From NCBI GenBank assembly GCA_051883455.1, contig JBJETT010000004.1, positions 38,260 to 102,259 on the forward strand: 64,000 nucleotides of DNA. The letters run 5' to 3'. The position numbers were made by a program, and so were the translations under genes. The notes beneath the pieces are model-generated. The model ran no database searches and was not told the origin of the DNA. It saw nothing but the letters and a program-made list of their open reading frames with translations. This DNA comes from Christensenellales bacterium. Its GTDB lineage: Bacteria; Bacillota; Clostridia; Christensenellales; UBA3700. Shown piece after piece: positions 27,690 through 35,802 of this stretch (within the stretch, counting starts at the first letter, position 1; each line of letters starts with the position of its first letter).

Positions 27690-27917
27690 TCAGTCGATAA
27701 AAGGTTGAAGCTTATTTAGCAATTCGTCACACTCGTCGGCATAAATTTCAAGCACGACGGGACGGTTGAGGTCAAGCGAAAAAATACCTAGGATAGATTT
27801 GGCGTCAACGACGTATCTACCGCTTCTCAGGTCCATTTCGTAGTCGTATTTTGTCAGCAACTCGACAAAGCTCTTTACGCTGTCGGTGGTATTGAGTAAA
27901 ACAGAAACCGATTTCAT
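27690..27917 (-). CDS. HPr-like protein that lacks His15 and retains the Ser46 region
   Basis: 75 aa. DAKSILGIFSLDL aligns to HPr KSIMGVMSLG. The N-terminal region NTTDSVKSF has no His where GIHARP is expected. Confidence 0.6.
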   Translation of the reverse strand: MKSVSVLLNTTDSVKSFVELLTKYDYEMDLRSGRYVVDAKSILGIFSLDLNRPVVLEIYADECDELLNKLQPFID

Positions 27918-28058
27918 ATTCTATCTCCAAAATTATTGATTATCAATATTATAATACATATTATTGCAAAAAGCAATAAAATACTTCGCACGCCTAGTCA
28001 ATAAATTTTTGTTGATTATTTTAGCTATTTATTCTATAATAAAAGCCAAGGAGTGATT

Positions 28059-28775
28059 ATGAACGCAGAAACGCAACAAGCATACCAGATATTTTCTATG
28101 AGATGCCACGAGATTATTGCTAGCAAGTACGTAATGTCGGGCAATTATATTATGCGCCTGCTTAGATACGTAGCGTCCACCCCTTGTCTTATGGACTTCG
28201 TTGCCAAGTGCAACCAAGGCTTCAATTATCGCGACGAGTTCGAGCTCGCCTCGTCGGGTGCAAGCTTTAGACTGCCTTCTTCCAAAAAGAAGATTGTCGC
28301 TCTCGTCACGGGTATGTTGTTTGAGATTGACCGCAACCAACTCAACCTCAACGCATTTTTCATCAAATATTACGGTGTATCCGACTACGAGGAGGGCTAC
28401 AAAACCTTTTGCAAGAGCGTCATCGAGCCCTATATCGAAGCCTTTGCGTTGATACTTCAAGACGATTTAGTCGAAGAGACGCCCGATGTATCGTCCGTCA
28501 AGGATTTACCGCTCTCCGACAATATCAAAGAGCAAATTTACCCATATATCTCGGCTATGAAAGAAGTCGTCATGTCCGACCGCACCCTCAAAGAAAAGAA
28601 GAGGGCAGACTATATGACCATGCTCGAGGGCTTCTATTATTCCATCGAAATCAGCAATTCTCGCATGATCAAAGTCGTCTGGATAGGCTTAGACAGTCTT
28701 TTTGAGACCTATCGTCCGCTCAAGTCGTATGTGAAGGCTCTACGTAATATACTCGAATCCTTCGCAATTATTTGA
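28059..28775 (+). CDS. Hypothetical protein
   Basis: 238 aa from the ATG behind an AAGGAG RBS. No motif recognised. Confidence 0.5.
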   Translation: MNAETQQAYQIFSMRCHEIIASKYVMSGNYIMRLLRYVASTPCLMDFVAKCNQGFNYRDEFELASSGASFRLPSSKKKIVALVTGMLFEIDRNQLNLNAFFIKYYGVSDYEEGYKTFCKSVIEPYIEAFALILQDDLVEETPDVSSVKDLPLSDNIKEQIYPYISAMKEVVMSDRTLKEKKRADYMTMLEGFYYSIEISNSRMIKVVWIGLDSLFETYRPLKSYVKALRNILESFAII

Positions 28776-28901
28776 TTTGACGGCATATCTGCTTCGTAAT
28801 ACTTTGTCGAGCGGAGATTTTTGCTCAGTCACGTACGTCCAAGTACGCTCCTGTCGCAAAAACTCCGCTCTTCGCGTCTTACTCGCACCTATGCCGTCAA
28901 A
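28776..28901 (+). repeat. 126-bp palindromic element with 12-bp terminal inverted repeats (type A, copy 1)
   Basis: TTTGACGGCATA...TATGCCGTCAAA termini, plus the internal inverted repeat GAGCGGAGATTTTTGC/GCAAAAACTCCGCTC. Starts on the nt after the upstream stop codon. Identical to 31665-31790. Confidence 0.85.
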
Positions 28902-29142
28902 ACTATCTAATAGTCGTCTTGCTTGCATCTACACCACGAGAGAATTACGAATAAGCAACTAAGTACGAATTGAGGCAAGTACGCTCCCTTCGATAAGGTT
29001 GCCTTTTTTCTTGTCTTACTCGCACCTATGCCGTCAAAAGTCGCATCTACGCAGTCAAACCTAATCAATGTGGCTTTTACTAAATTGAGGCAACTTGTCA
29101 AGTTGCCTTTTTCTATGTATTGCTCGTATCTATGCCGTCAAA
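28902..29142 (+). repeat. Two degenerate type-A-related units
   Basis: Both end in ...CTATGCCGTCAAA (29027-29039 and 29130-29142). Both contain an AATTGAGGCAA...TTGCCTTTTT hairpin. Confidence 0.6.
29089..29112 (+). terminator. Terminator-like hairpin inside the repeat unit
   Basis: GGCAACTT-gtc-AAGTTGCC plus T5. Confidence 0.45.
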
Positions 29143-29180
29143 GGTGTGTCATTGCGGTTAAGCCTTGACCAAGTAGTTCT

Positions 29181-29277
29181 GTCATTCTGAGGACACTCAG
29201 TGTCCGTGAGAATCTCAACCGCTTAAAAGGCTCCTTTGTGTAAAGGGGGCTCCCGACAGTAGTCGGGTGGGGATTGC
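29181..29277 (+). repeat. Type-C structured repeat, copy 1
   Basis: GTCATTCTGAG-[GGACAC tca GTGTCC]-GAGAATCTCAACC...CCTTTGTGTAAAGGGGG-[CTCCCGAC agta GTCGGG]-TGGGGATTGCC. Confidence 0.7.
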
Positions 29278-29340
29278 CTCTTATTTTATCCTTTGATACT
29301 ACAACGCAATCTTGCAAAAGTGACGGCAAGCGACCAAAAA

Positions 29341-29393
29341 AGCCGTCCCTGTGCAAGGGAAGGTGGCTCGGCTTTGCCGAGACGGAAGGGTTG
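29341..29393 (+). repeat. Right-half variant of the type-C repeat (type B), copy 1
   Basis: AGCCGTCCCTGTGCAAGGGAAGGTGG-[CTCGGC ttt GCCGAG]-ACGGAAGGGTTG. Confidence 0.65.
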
Positions 29394-29445
29394 AAAACTA
29401 ATAATATCCTTTGGGAGTACGACTAAAGCTGCCTAAATATAATTC

Positions 29446-29572
29446 CTCTCACGCCATAGGTACAAGCAAAACAAGGAGAGTGAGGACAGTGTGAGGGAGC
29501 ATACTTATCGTATGTGACTGACACGCTACCGCAAACTCGACACAGTATTGCGTAGTAGATATGGCGTGAGAG
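29446..29572 (+). repeat. 127-bp element with 13-bp terminal inverted repeats (type E, copy 1)
   Basis: CTCTCACGCCATA...TATGGCGTGAGAG. The interior aligns by eye to the reverse complement of 54251-54373. Confidence 0.65.
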
Positions 29573-29753
29573 TGTGCCGCAGGTTTACAAATAGGTCGTA
29601 AAACAAGGGAGTGAGCCAAACGCTAAACGATGATTGCACGAAAAGTGCAATCGAGTCAAAGTGACGGCGAACGACCAAAAATTACATATAATATAAATAT
29701 GCGCTATTATAAAGCAAAAATTGCGTAAATAATCAAAATGTGTTTTATATTTG

Positions 29754-29782
29754 TTGCCAACTACGGCGTTATTTGATATAAT
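29754..29782 (+). promoter_or_regulatory. Sigma-A-type promoter of pck
   Basis: TTGCCA-17 nt-TATAAT, about 45 nt upstream of the ATG. RBS GGAGA at 29816-29820. Confidence 0.6.
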
Positions 29783-29826
29783 AGGCATAACCGAAAATTG
29801 ATATTATTTTAACAAGGAGATATGAT

Positions 29827-31602
29827 ATGGAAATGACAACAAACAAGCAAGTTTTGGATTTTGTCAACAGCAGAGCAAAGCTCGTTGGCGCTGGCAAAAT
29901 AGTTTGGATTACCGGTGAAAAGGAACAATACGACCAACTCACCAAAGAAGCTATTGCTAGCGGAGAAATGATAGAGCTCAATCAAGAGTTGCTCCCTGGC
30001 TGTTTGCTTCACAGAACCAAAGAAAACGACGTTGCTCGTGTAGAAAACAGAACCTTTATTTGTTCGAGAGACGAAAAGGACTGCGGACCTACCAACAACT
30101 GGTGGAATCCTACCGAAGCATACGCAAAACTTGACAGCATACTCGAAGGTGCTTACAAGGGCAACACCATGTACGTTATACCTTTCTCTATGGGACCTGT
30201 AGGCGGACCTATTTCCAAGATTGGTATCGAAGTTACCGACTCTATCTACGTAGTGCTCAACATGAGAATTATGACTCGTGTCGGCAAAGACGTGCTTGAC
30301 GCTCTCGGCGACAGCAACGATTTCGTTAGAGGCACTCACGCTAAGTGCGACGTTGACCCAGAGAACAGATATATCTGCCAATTCCCTGAGGACAACGCTA
30401 TCGTATCCGTCAACAGCGCATACGGCGGCAACGTATTGCTCGGCAAAAAGTGCTTTGCATTGCGTATCGCTTCTTACCAAGGCAAAAATGAAATGTGGAT
30501 GGCTGAGCACATGCTCATTCTCGGTATCGAGAAGCCAAACAAAGAGATCGTCTACATGGCAGCTGCATTCCCATCTGCATGTGGCAAGACCAACCTCGCA
30601 ATGCTCATTCCTCCACAAGGCTATCTTGCAGAGGGCTATAGAGTATTCACCGTAGGTGACGACATCGCTTGGATTAAGAAAGGTCCTGACGGAAGACTTT
30701 ACGCTATCAACCCTGAGAACGGTTTCTTCGGCGTAGCACCTGGAACTAACAAAAAGTCCAACCCTAACGCCTTGGCAGCTACTATGAAAAACACCATCTT
30801 CACCAACGTTGCACTCAACCTCGAGAACAACACCGTATGGTGGGAAGGTCTTGACAAGAACCCACCTGTCAACGCTATCGACTGGAAGGGCAACCCTTGG
30901 AATGGTCAAACTTCTACCGAAAAGGGCGCTCATCCAAACAGCAGATTTACCGCTCCTGCAGTCAACTGCCCATGCATCAGCTCTGAGTTCGAGAACCCTG
31001 CAGGCGTGCCAATCAGCGCATTCATCTTCGGTGGACGTCGTCCAACTACCGTTCCACTCGTATACCAAGCAAGAAGCTGGGAAAACGGTGTATTCGTTGG
31101 CTCTATCATGGGCTCCGAGACAACAGCAGCAGCTACCGGTGCGGTCGGCGTAGTAAGAAGAGACCCAATGGCTATGCGTCCATTCTGCGGATACCACATG
31201 GGAGATTACTTCCAACACTGGCTCGATATGGGCAAGACCGTAGACGTAGACAAGCAACCTAAGTTCTTCAACGTCAACTGGTTCCGTACCGATGCAGAAG
31301 GTCACTTCATTTGGCCTGGTTTCGGTGACAATATGCGTGTTCTCGACTGGATGCTCAAGCGTATCGCAGGCGAAGTTGACGCAGTTGAGACCCCAATCGG
31401 TTTCGTTCCTAAGGCTGAGGACATCAACCTCGAAGGCATTGACTTCTCTAGAGAGACTCTTGCAGATATCCTCAAGGTTGACAAGGACGCTTGGAAGAAA
31501 GAAGCAGAAGGTATCAAAGAATTCTACGAGACCTTTGGAGACAGACTCCCTGCAGAACTTGCTAAGCAAGCTGACGAGCTTATCGACAGACTCAACAAGT
31601 AA
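29827..31602 (+). CDS. pck: Phosphoenolpyruvate carboxykinase (GTP)
   Basis: 591 aa. GTP-PEPCK signatures: FPSACGKTNLAML kinase-1a, WMAEHMLILG, NWFR...FIWPGFGDNMRVL. Confidence 0.9.
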   Translation: MEMTTNKQVLDFVNSRAKLVGAGKIVWITGEKEQYDQLTKEAIASGEMIELNQELLPGCLLHRTKENDVARVENRTFICSRDEKDCGPTNNWWNPTEAYAKLDSILEGAYKGNTMYVIPFSMGPVGGPISKIGIEVTDSIYVVLNMRIMTRVGKDVLDALGDSNDFVRGTHAKCDVDPENRYICQFPEDNAIVSVNSAYGGNVLLGKKCFALRIASYQGKNEMWMAEHMLILGIEKPNKEIVYMAAAFPSACGKTNLAMLIPPQGYLAEGYRVFTVGDDIAWIKKGPDGRLYAINPENGFFGVAPGTNKKSNPNALAATMKNTIFTNVALNLENNTVWWEGLDKNPPVNAIDWKGNPWNGQTSTEKGAHPNSRFTAPAVNCPCISSEFENPAGVPISAFIFGGRRPTTVPLVYQARSWENGVFVGSIMGSETTAAATGAVGVVRRDPMAMRPFCGYHMGDYFQHWLDMGKTVDVDKQPKFFNVNWFRTDAEGHFIWPGFGDNMRVLDWMLKRIAGEVDAVETPIGFVPKAEDINLEGIDFSRETLADILKVDKDAWKKEAEGIKEFYETFGDRLPAELAKQADELIDRLNK

Positions 31603-31623
31603 TATAAATTATTATATTAATCA

Positions 31624-31657
31624 ATATCCACTCTATTTATATAGGGTGGATATTTTT
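31624..31657 (+). terminator. Rho-independent terminator of pck
   Basis: ATATCCAC-loop-GTGGATAT plus T5. Confidence 0.7.
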
Positions 31658-31664
31658 AAAGCCT

Positions 31665-31790
31665 TTTGACGGCATATCTGCTTCGTAATACTTTGTCGAG
31701 CGGAGATTTTTGCTCAGTCACGTACGTCCAAGTACGCTCCTGTCGCAAAAACTCCGCTCTTCGCGTCTTACTCGCACCTATGCCGTCAAA
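31665..31790 (+). repeat. 126-bp palindromic type-A element, copy 2
   Basis: Base-for-base identical, by eye, to 28776-28901 in the same orientation. Confidence 0.85.
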
Positions 31791-31837
31791 GTATGTAGCG
31801 GATATACCTAGTATTGCGGTGTAGAACCAAGTAGTTT

Positions 31838-31937
31838 GTCATTCAGAGCGAGCAAAGCGAGCGTAGGAATCTCAATCCTTTTTCGCCTCCTTTGAGCAAA
31901 GGGAGGTGGCTCGGCTATGCCGAGACGGAGGGATTGC
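31838..31937 (+). repeat. Type-C structured repeat, copy 2
   Basis: GTCATTCAGAG...GGAATCTCAATCC...CCTTTGAGCAAAGGGAGGTGG-[CTCGGC tat GCCGAG]-ACGGAGGGATTGCC. Flanking similarity to copy 1 begins at 31811. Confidence 0.7.
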
Positions 31938-31945
31938 CCTATTAT

Positions 31946-31987
31946 GTCATTGCGAGTGAAGGCACTTGTGCCGTAGCGTGGCAATCT
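31946..31987 (+). repeat. Type-D short repeat (GTCATTGCGAG ... GTGGCAATCT)
   Basis: Boxes flank the hairpin GGCAC-tt-GTGCC. Confidence 0.6.
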
Positions 31988-31998
31988 AAATCAACAAT

Positions 31999-32065
31999 GT
32001 CATTGCGTTGTGTGCAATTTGCGTTAGCAAAGGCGTAGGTACATGTGCTATAACGTGGCAATCTC
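31999..32065 (+). repeat. Type-D short repeat, long variant
   Basis: GTCATTGCG...ATTTGCGTTAGCAAAGGCGTAGG...CGTGGCAATCTC. Shares the TTTGCGTWAGCAAA hairpin with the 51.0 kb and 54.4 kb copies. Confidence 0.6.
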
Positions 32066-32200
32066 TTTGTGCTTGCTTATTATAGACTTTTTCGGCACTG
32101 TTTTTTCACTCATAACGCAAGGTGTAAATTCTTTGTAAAGGTAGACTTTTATGTAGCCTTTCCCATTTACAAAGATAGATAAATATAATAAAATAACAAT

Positions 32201-34426
32201 ATGAACAAGTTTGCCAAATTTATCGTCAAGCACAAAATTCTCATTATCGGTTTGACGGCGCTTATATCCATAGCGTCAATCGTCGCAATGCTATACGTCA
32301 ACGTCAATTCCGACATATTGTCCTATCTTCCCGACGGTTACGATATGACCGAGGGTATGGACTTTATGCGCCAAAACTTTGACATGCAAGGCGATGCAAT
32401 CATAGGCGTGGCTGACGTTGATTATGACACTATGGTGGCAATCACCGATCAACTCAAGGCAGAGAAGGGTATCAAAGAGGGCGGAGTTATTTGGCTAGGA
32501 ATGATTTTGGAGATGGCTGAGAGTGGTGGCTCTATGTCAGACGTAGTTGCGGGGCTTACTAGCAACGAAGACGTACTCAACTTGTTCTATCCTAAGCGCA
32601 ATGCGGGCGAGCCTTTTACCGAGGAAACCAAGCTTCAAAAGGGCAACTACATGATAATGCTCCAACTCAACGTGCCTACTTCTAGTACCGAGGCGTTGGA
32701 CCTTGTGGAGAAGATTGACAACGTTATACTTGCCGACTACGAGCATGCCATAGGCGGTAGCACGCAGATGACCAAGGAGATTTTCGACTCTACGATAGGC
32801 GAAATTTGGAAGTATATACTCGTAGCGGTGCTAGTAATGTTTATCATCTTGCTTTGCACCACCACGTCGCTTGTCGAGCCGTTTATCTTTATGCTCACTT
32901 TGGGCGTATCAATACTCATCAATATGGGCACCAATCTCATTTTGCCTAGCGTATCGGTAGTGACTTTTGCCTCATCAGCCATATTGCAACTAGGTTTGTC
33001 AATGGATTACGCCATATTCCTCATGCACGCGTATGCGGAAGAATGCACCAAGACTTTGGACGAAACGCTAGCAATGGAGAGGGCAATACCTAAGACCTTT
33101 TCCACAATATCGTCGTCGGCGCTGACCACTGTTTTTGGTTTTCTTGCGCTATTCTTCATGAAATTCGAGATAGGTGCAGACCTAGGTATCGTTCTCGCCA
33201 AGGGCGTATTTTTGAGCTTAGTGACAGTCATCATAGTTCAACCTTGTCTTATGTTGATGATGACCAAACTTCACAAAAAGACCTCTCATCGCATTTTCCT
33301 TCCAAAACTCAAATCCGTTGCCAGCTTCTCGGTGCGCAATCGTAAGGTCATCGTCATAGTAGCACTGCTACTCATTGTGCCTTGCGTTATTATGCAGAGC
33401 AAACTCAACCTAAGTTATATCAAATTCACCTATGATGATGGCGAAAAGACCGAGATAGAGCAGACTGTAGACTCTATGAGCAATTCCGTCATTGCTATTG
33501 TTCCCGTCAACGCTTCCAAAAACTATGCTTTCTTAGAGGAACTTCAAGGCATGGACAACGTGACCGCAACGCTGGGCTTGTATTCTATGATACCTGAGTC
33601 TTACGGCAAAATGTTGGGTACAATGTTGGAGAAGAACATTCCTCTTCCTGAAGGCTTCGATATGGTTTCCAATTTTGCCAACAACGGCTACACTATGTAT
33701 TCGATAATGGTCAACTGCGAGGCGGAGAGCCAAGAAGCAAGCCAATCTTTGGCTCAAATTCGTCAGATGCTCGACGACAACTTCGGCAGTGGCAAGTATT
33801 ATATCACGGGCATGTCGCAAGCTGTCGAGGACCTCAAAGTCATCACGCCAATGGACAATATGATTGTCAATATCGTGTCGGTATTGCTCATATTCATCGT
33901 GTTGATGATAGCGCTCAAGTCAATCAAATTGCCTGTGTTGTTGATATCCGTCATCGAGCTTGGTATATTTATCAACCTCTCGATAAGCTACGTGTTAGGA
34001 CAAAGCGTCAACTTTATGGCGTACATAATCATCAGTGCCATACAGTTAGGCGCAACGGTTGACTACGCAATCTTGTACACCGTCAAATATCAACGATATC
34101 TAGACGTTATGCCTGCAAAAGAAGCCTCTTATAGAGCGCTCAGGGACAGTGGAGTATCTATACTCACGTCGGTAGCAATAATGGCAGGTTGTTGTCTGTC
34201 GGTAGCTCTCGTTACGTCCAACCGTATCGTGGGCGAAATCACCCTTATGATAGCTAGAGGCTCAATCATCAGCGGACTGCTCACTTTACTGGTTTTGCCT
34301 GCGCTACTTGTAGTAACTACGGGCAATAGAAAGCTCAAGAAGGAAGGCAAGCGCGCTTCGAGAGAACTAAAAAGACAGGAAAAAAAGGCTCTCTCACAAG
34401 ATGCCGAGAAGACTGTAGAGGTTTGA
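32201..34426 (+). CDS. MMPL/RND-superfamily membrane transporter
   Basis: 741 aa with two 6-TM bundles separated by soluble loops, and an N-terminal KFIVKHKILIIGLTALI anchor. Confidence 0.7.
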   Translation: MNKFAKFIVKHKILIIGLTALISIASIVAMLYVNVNSDILSYLPDGYDMTEGMDFMRQNFDMQGDAIIGVADVDYDTMVAITDQLKAEKGIKEGGVIWLGMILEMAESGGSMSDVVAGLTSNEDVLNLFYPKRNAGEPFTEETKLQKGNYMIMLQLNVPTSSTEALDLVEKIDNVILADYEHAIGGSTQMTKEIFDSTIGEIWKYILVAVLVMFIILLCTTTSLVEPFIFMLTLGVSILINMGTNLILPSVSVVTFASSAILQLGLSMDYAIFLMHAYAEECTKTLDETLAMERAIPKTFSTISSSALTTVFGFLALFFMKFEIGADLGIVLAKGVFLSLVTVIIVQPCLMLMMTKLHKKTSHRIFLPKLKSVASFSVRNRKVIVIVALLLIVPCVIMQSKLNLSYIKFTYDDGEKTEIEQTVDSMSNSVIAIVPVNASKNYAFLEELQGMDNVTATLGLYSMIPESYGKMLGTMLEKNIPLPEGFDMVSNFANNGYTMYSIMVNCEAESQEASQSLAQIRQMLDDNFGSGKYYITGMSQAVEDLKVITPMDNMIVNIVSVLLIFIVLMIALKSIKLPVLLISVIELGIFINLSISYVLGQSVNFMAYIIISAIQLGATVDYAILYTVKYQRYLDVMPAKEASYRALRDSGVSILTSVAIMAGCCLSVALVTSNRIVGEITLMIARGSIISGLLTLLVLPALLVVTTGNRKLKKEGKRASRELKRQEKKALSQDAEKTVEV

Positions 34427-34578
34427 GAGTAGACGCCTAATACAATACCAATGCAACAATAGTCGTAGAGTAGTCTTATCATCTAACTCTACGTATAGAC
34501 TGCGCGGCTTAATCCTAACGAGATAATTTATATGATTCAATTTGTATAATAGTTAGTTGCCGATATTCAACCAAAAAA

Positions 34579-34611
34579 ATACTCGCTAACAATTTAGCGA
34601 GTATTTTGTTT
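34579..34611. terminator. Bidirectional terminator (MMPL gene / serA)
   Basis: ATACTCGCTAA-caat-TTAGCGAGTAT with an A7 run upstream and TTTTGTTTTT downstream. Confidence 0.8.
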
Positions 34612-34632
34612 TTGTCGATACGTATCGAGTAT

Positions 34633-35793
34633 TTAGAATTTATTGACTGCCAAGAAGCCTTCAACCTTGCGCATCTCTTCGAGAGCGGAATTAGGCAAAT
34701 CTTCGTCGGTATCAATAATCATATAGCCGATTTCGCCCTTAGAAGCGGATACGAGATTGTTGATATTGATGCCTCTATCTGCTATAAAGGAAGAAGCGGT
34801 AGCAATCATATTGGCAACGTTTTTGTGGAGAACGGTAATTCTAAACTTAGTGCATCTAGGAGCGCTAGCGTTAGGGAAGTTTACGCTGTTGACCACGTTG
34901 CCGTTTTCGAGATAATCTTTGAGCTGGTTGGCCGCCATCACAGCGCAGTTGTCTTCCGCCTCAGGGGTAGAAGCGCCGAGGTGAGGAATGGTAATGACGT
35001 TGTCCACGCCAATCAAATCGTTTTGAGGTAGGTCGGTCACGTATCTGGCAACCTTGCCGGCTTTGATAGCTTCAACGATATCTTTGTTGACAACAAGCTC
35101 CGCACGAGCGCAGTTGATGATAACGACGTCCTTTTTCATTGTAGCGATAGAGTCGGCGTTGATACTTCCTTTGGTGCTAGGGGTAGCAGGTACGTGCAAC
35201 GTAATGTAGTCGCTCTCTGCGTAAACTTTGCTCAAATCATTGACGTATTCTACGTGTCTATCTATAGACATTGCTCCGTTGACGTTGAGGTAAGGATCGT
35301 AACCGATAACCTTCATACCGAGAGCGATTGCAGCGTTAGCGACGAGTCTACCGATAGCGCCTAGACCGACAACGCCCAAGGTTTTGCCGTACAATTCTCT
35401 GCCTATGAAGGCTTTTTTACCTTTTTCCACGGCTTTAGCCACGTCCTCGTCGAGGCTTAGCGATTGCGTCCACTTGATACCGTCGTAGATTTTTCTCGAG
35501 CCGAGAAGTAGTGCGCAAATTACCAATTCCTTAACGGCGTTGGCGTTGGCACCCGGTGTATTGAATACGCACACGCCTTGAGCCGTCATTTTGTCAAGAG
35601 GAATGTTATTGACGCCTGCGCCCGCACGAGCTACGGCTTTGACGGAAGCGGGTACTGGATATTCGTGCATATTAAAGCTTCTTAGGATTATAGCGTCGGG
35701 GTTGGCGCAGTCTGCCGAAACGGTGTAGTCCTTGTATTGCAATATAGAAGCAACTTTTGGGCTAATCTCGTTGAGTTTAAGAATATTATACAT
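34633..35793 (-). CDS. serA: D-3-phosphoglycerate dehydrogenase
   Basis: 2-hydroxyacid dehydrogenase fold (GVVGLGAIGRLVA), a C-terminal ACT-like domain, and adjacency to serC. Confidence 0.85.
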   Translation of the reverse strand: MYNILKLNEISPKVASILQYKDYTVSADCANPDAIILRSFNMHEYPVPASVKAVARAGAGVNNIPLDKMTAQGVCVFNTPGANANAVKELVICALLLGSRKIYDGIKWTQSLSLDEDVAKAVEKGKKAFIGRELYGKTLGVVGLGAIGRLVANAAIALGMKVIGYDPYLNVNGAMSIDRHVEYVNDLSKVYAESDYITLHVPATPSTKGSINADSIATMKKDVVIINCARAELVVNKDIVEAIKAGKVARYVTDLPQNDLIGVDNVITIPHLGASTPEAEDNCAVMAANQLKDYLENGNVVNSVNFPNASAPRCTKFRITVLHKNVANMIATASSFIADRGININNLVSASKGEIGYMIIDTDEDLPNSALEEMRKVEGFLAVNKF

Positions 35794-35802
35794 AATCTCT
35801 CC

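Noticed and set aside
28776-28901. Integron attC site or gene-cassette boundary for pck
   Set aside because: The termini are TTTGAC/GTCAAA rather than the RYYYAAC/GTTRRRY core sites. There is no intI or attI in the window, and the same boxes occur in ordinary intergenic regions.
28776-29142. Possible CRISPR array, because CTATGCCGTCAAA recurs three times
   Set aside because: The repeat spacing is irregular (138 and 103 bp). The repeats are short and embedded in longer, mutually homologous units. There are no cas genes and no leader. This is not CRISPR.
29143-29826. Riboswitch or large structured ncRNA (OLE/ROOL/GOLLD-like) upstream of pck
   Set aside because: The sequence breaks down into modules that recur at unrelated loci. 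I recognised no known riboswitch core. The pck promoter (29754-29782) lies downstream of the repeats, so they are not in its 5' UTR.
34606-35031. 141-aa plus-strand ORF
   Set aside because: It is antisense to serA, which is confidently identified, and it starts inside the bidirectional terminator.
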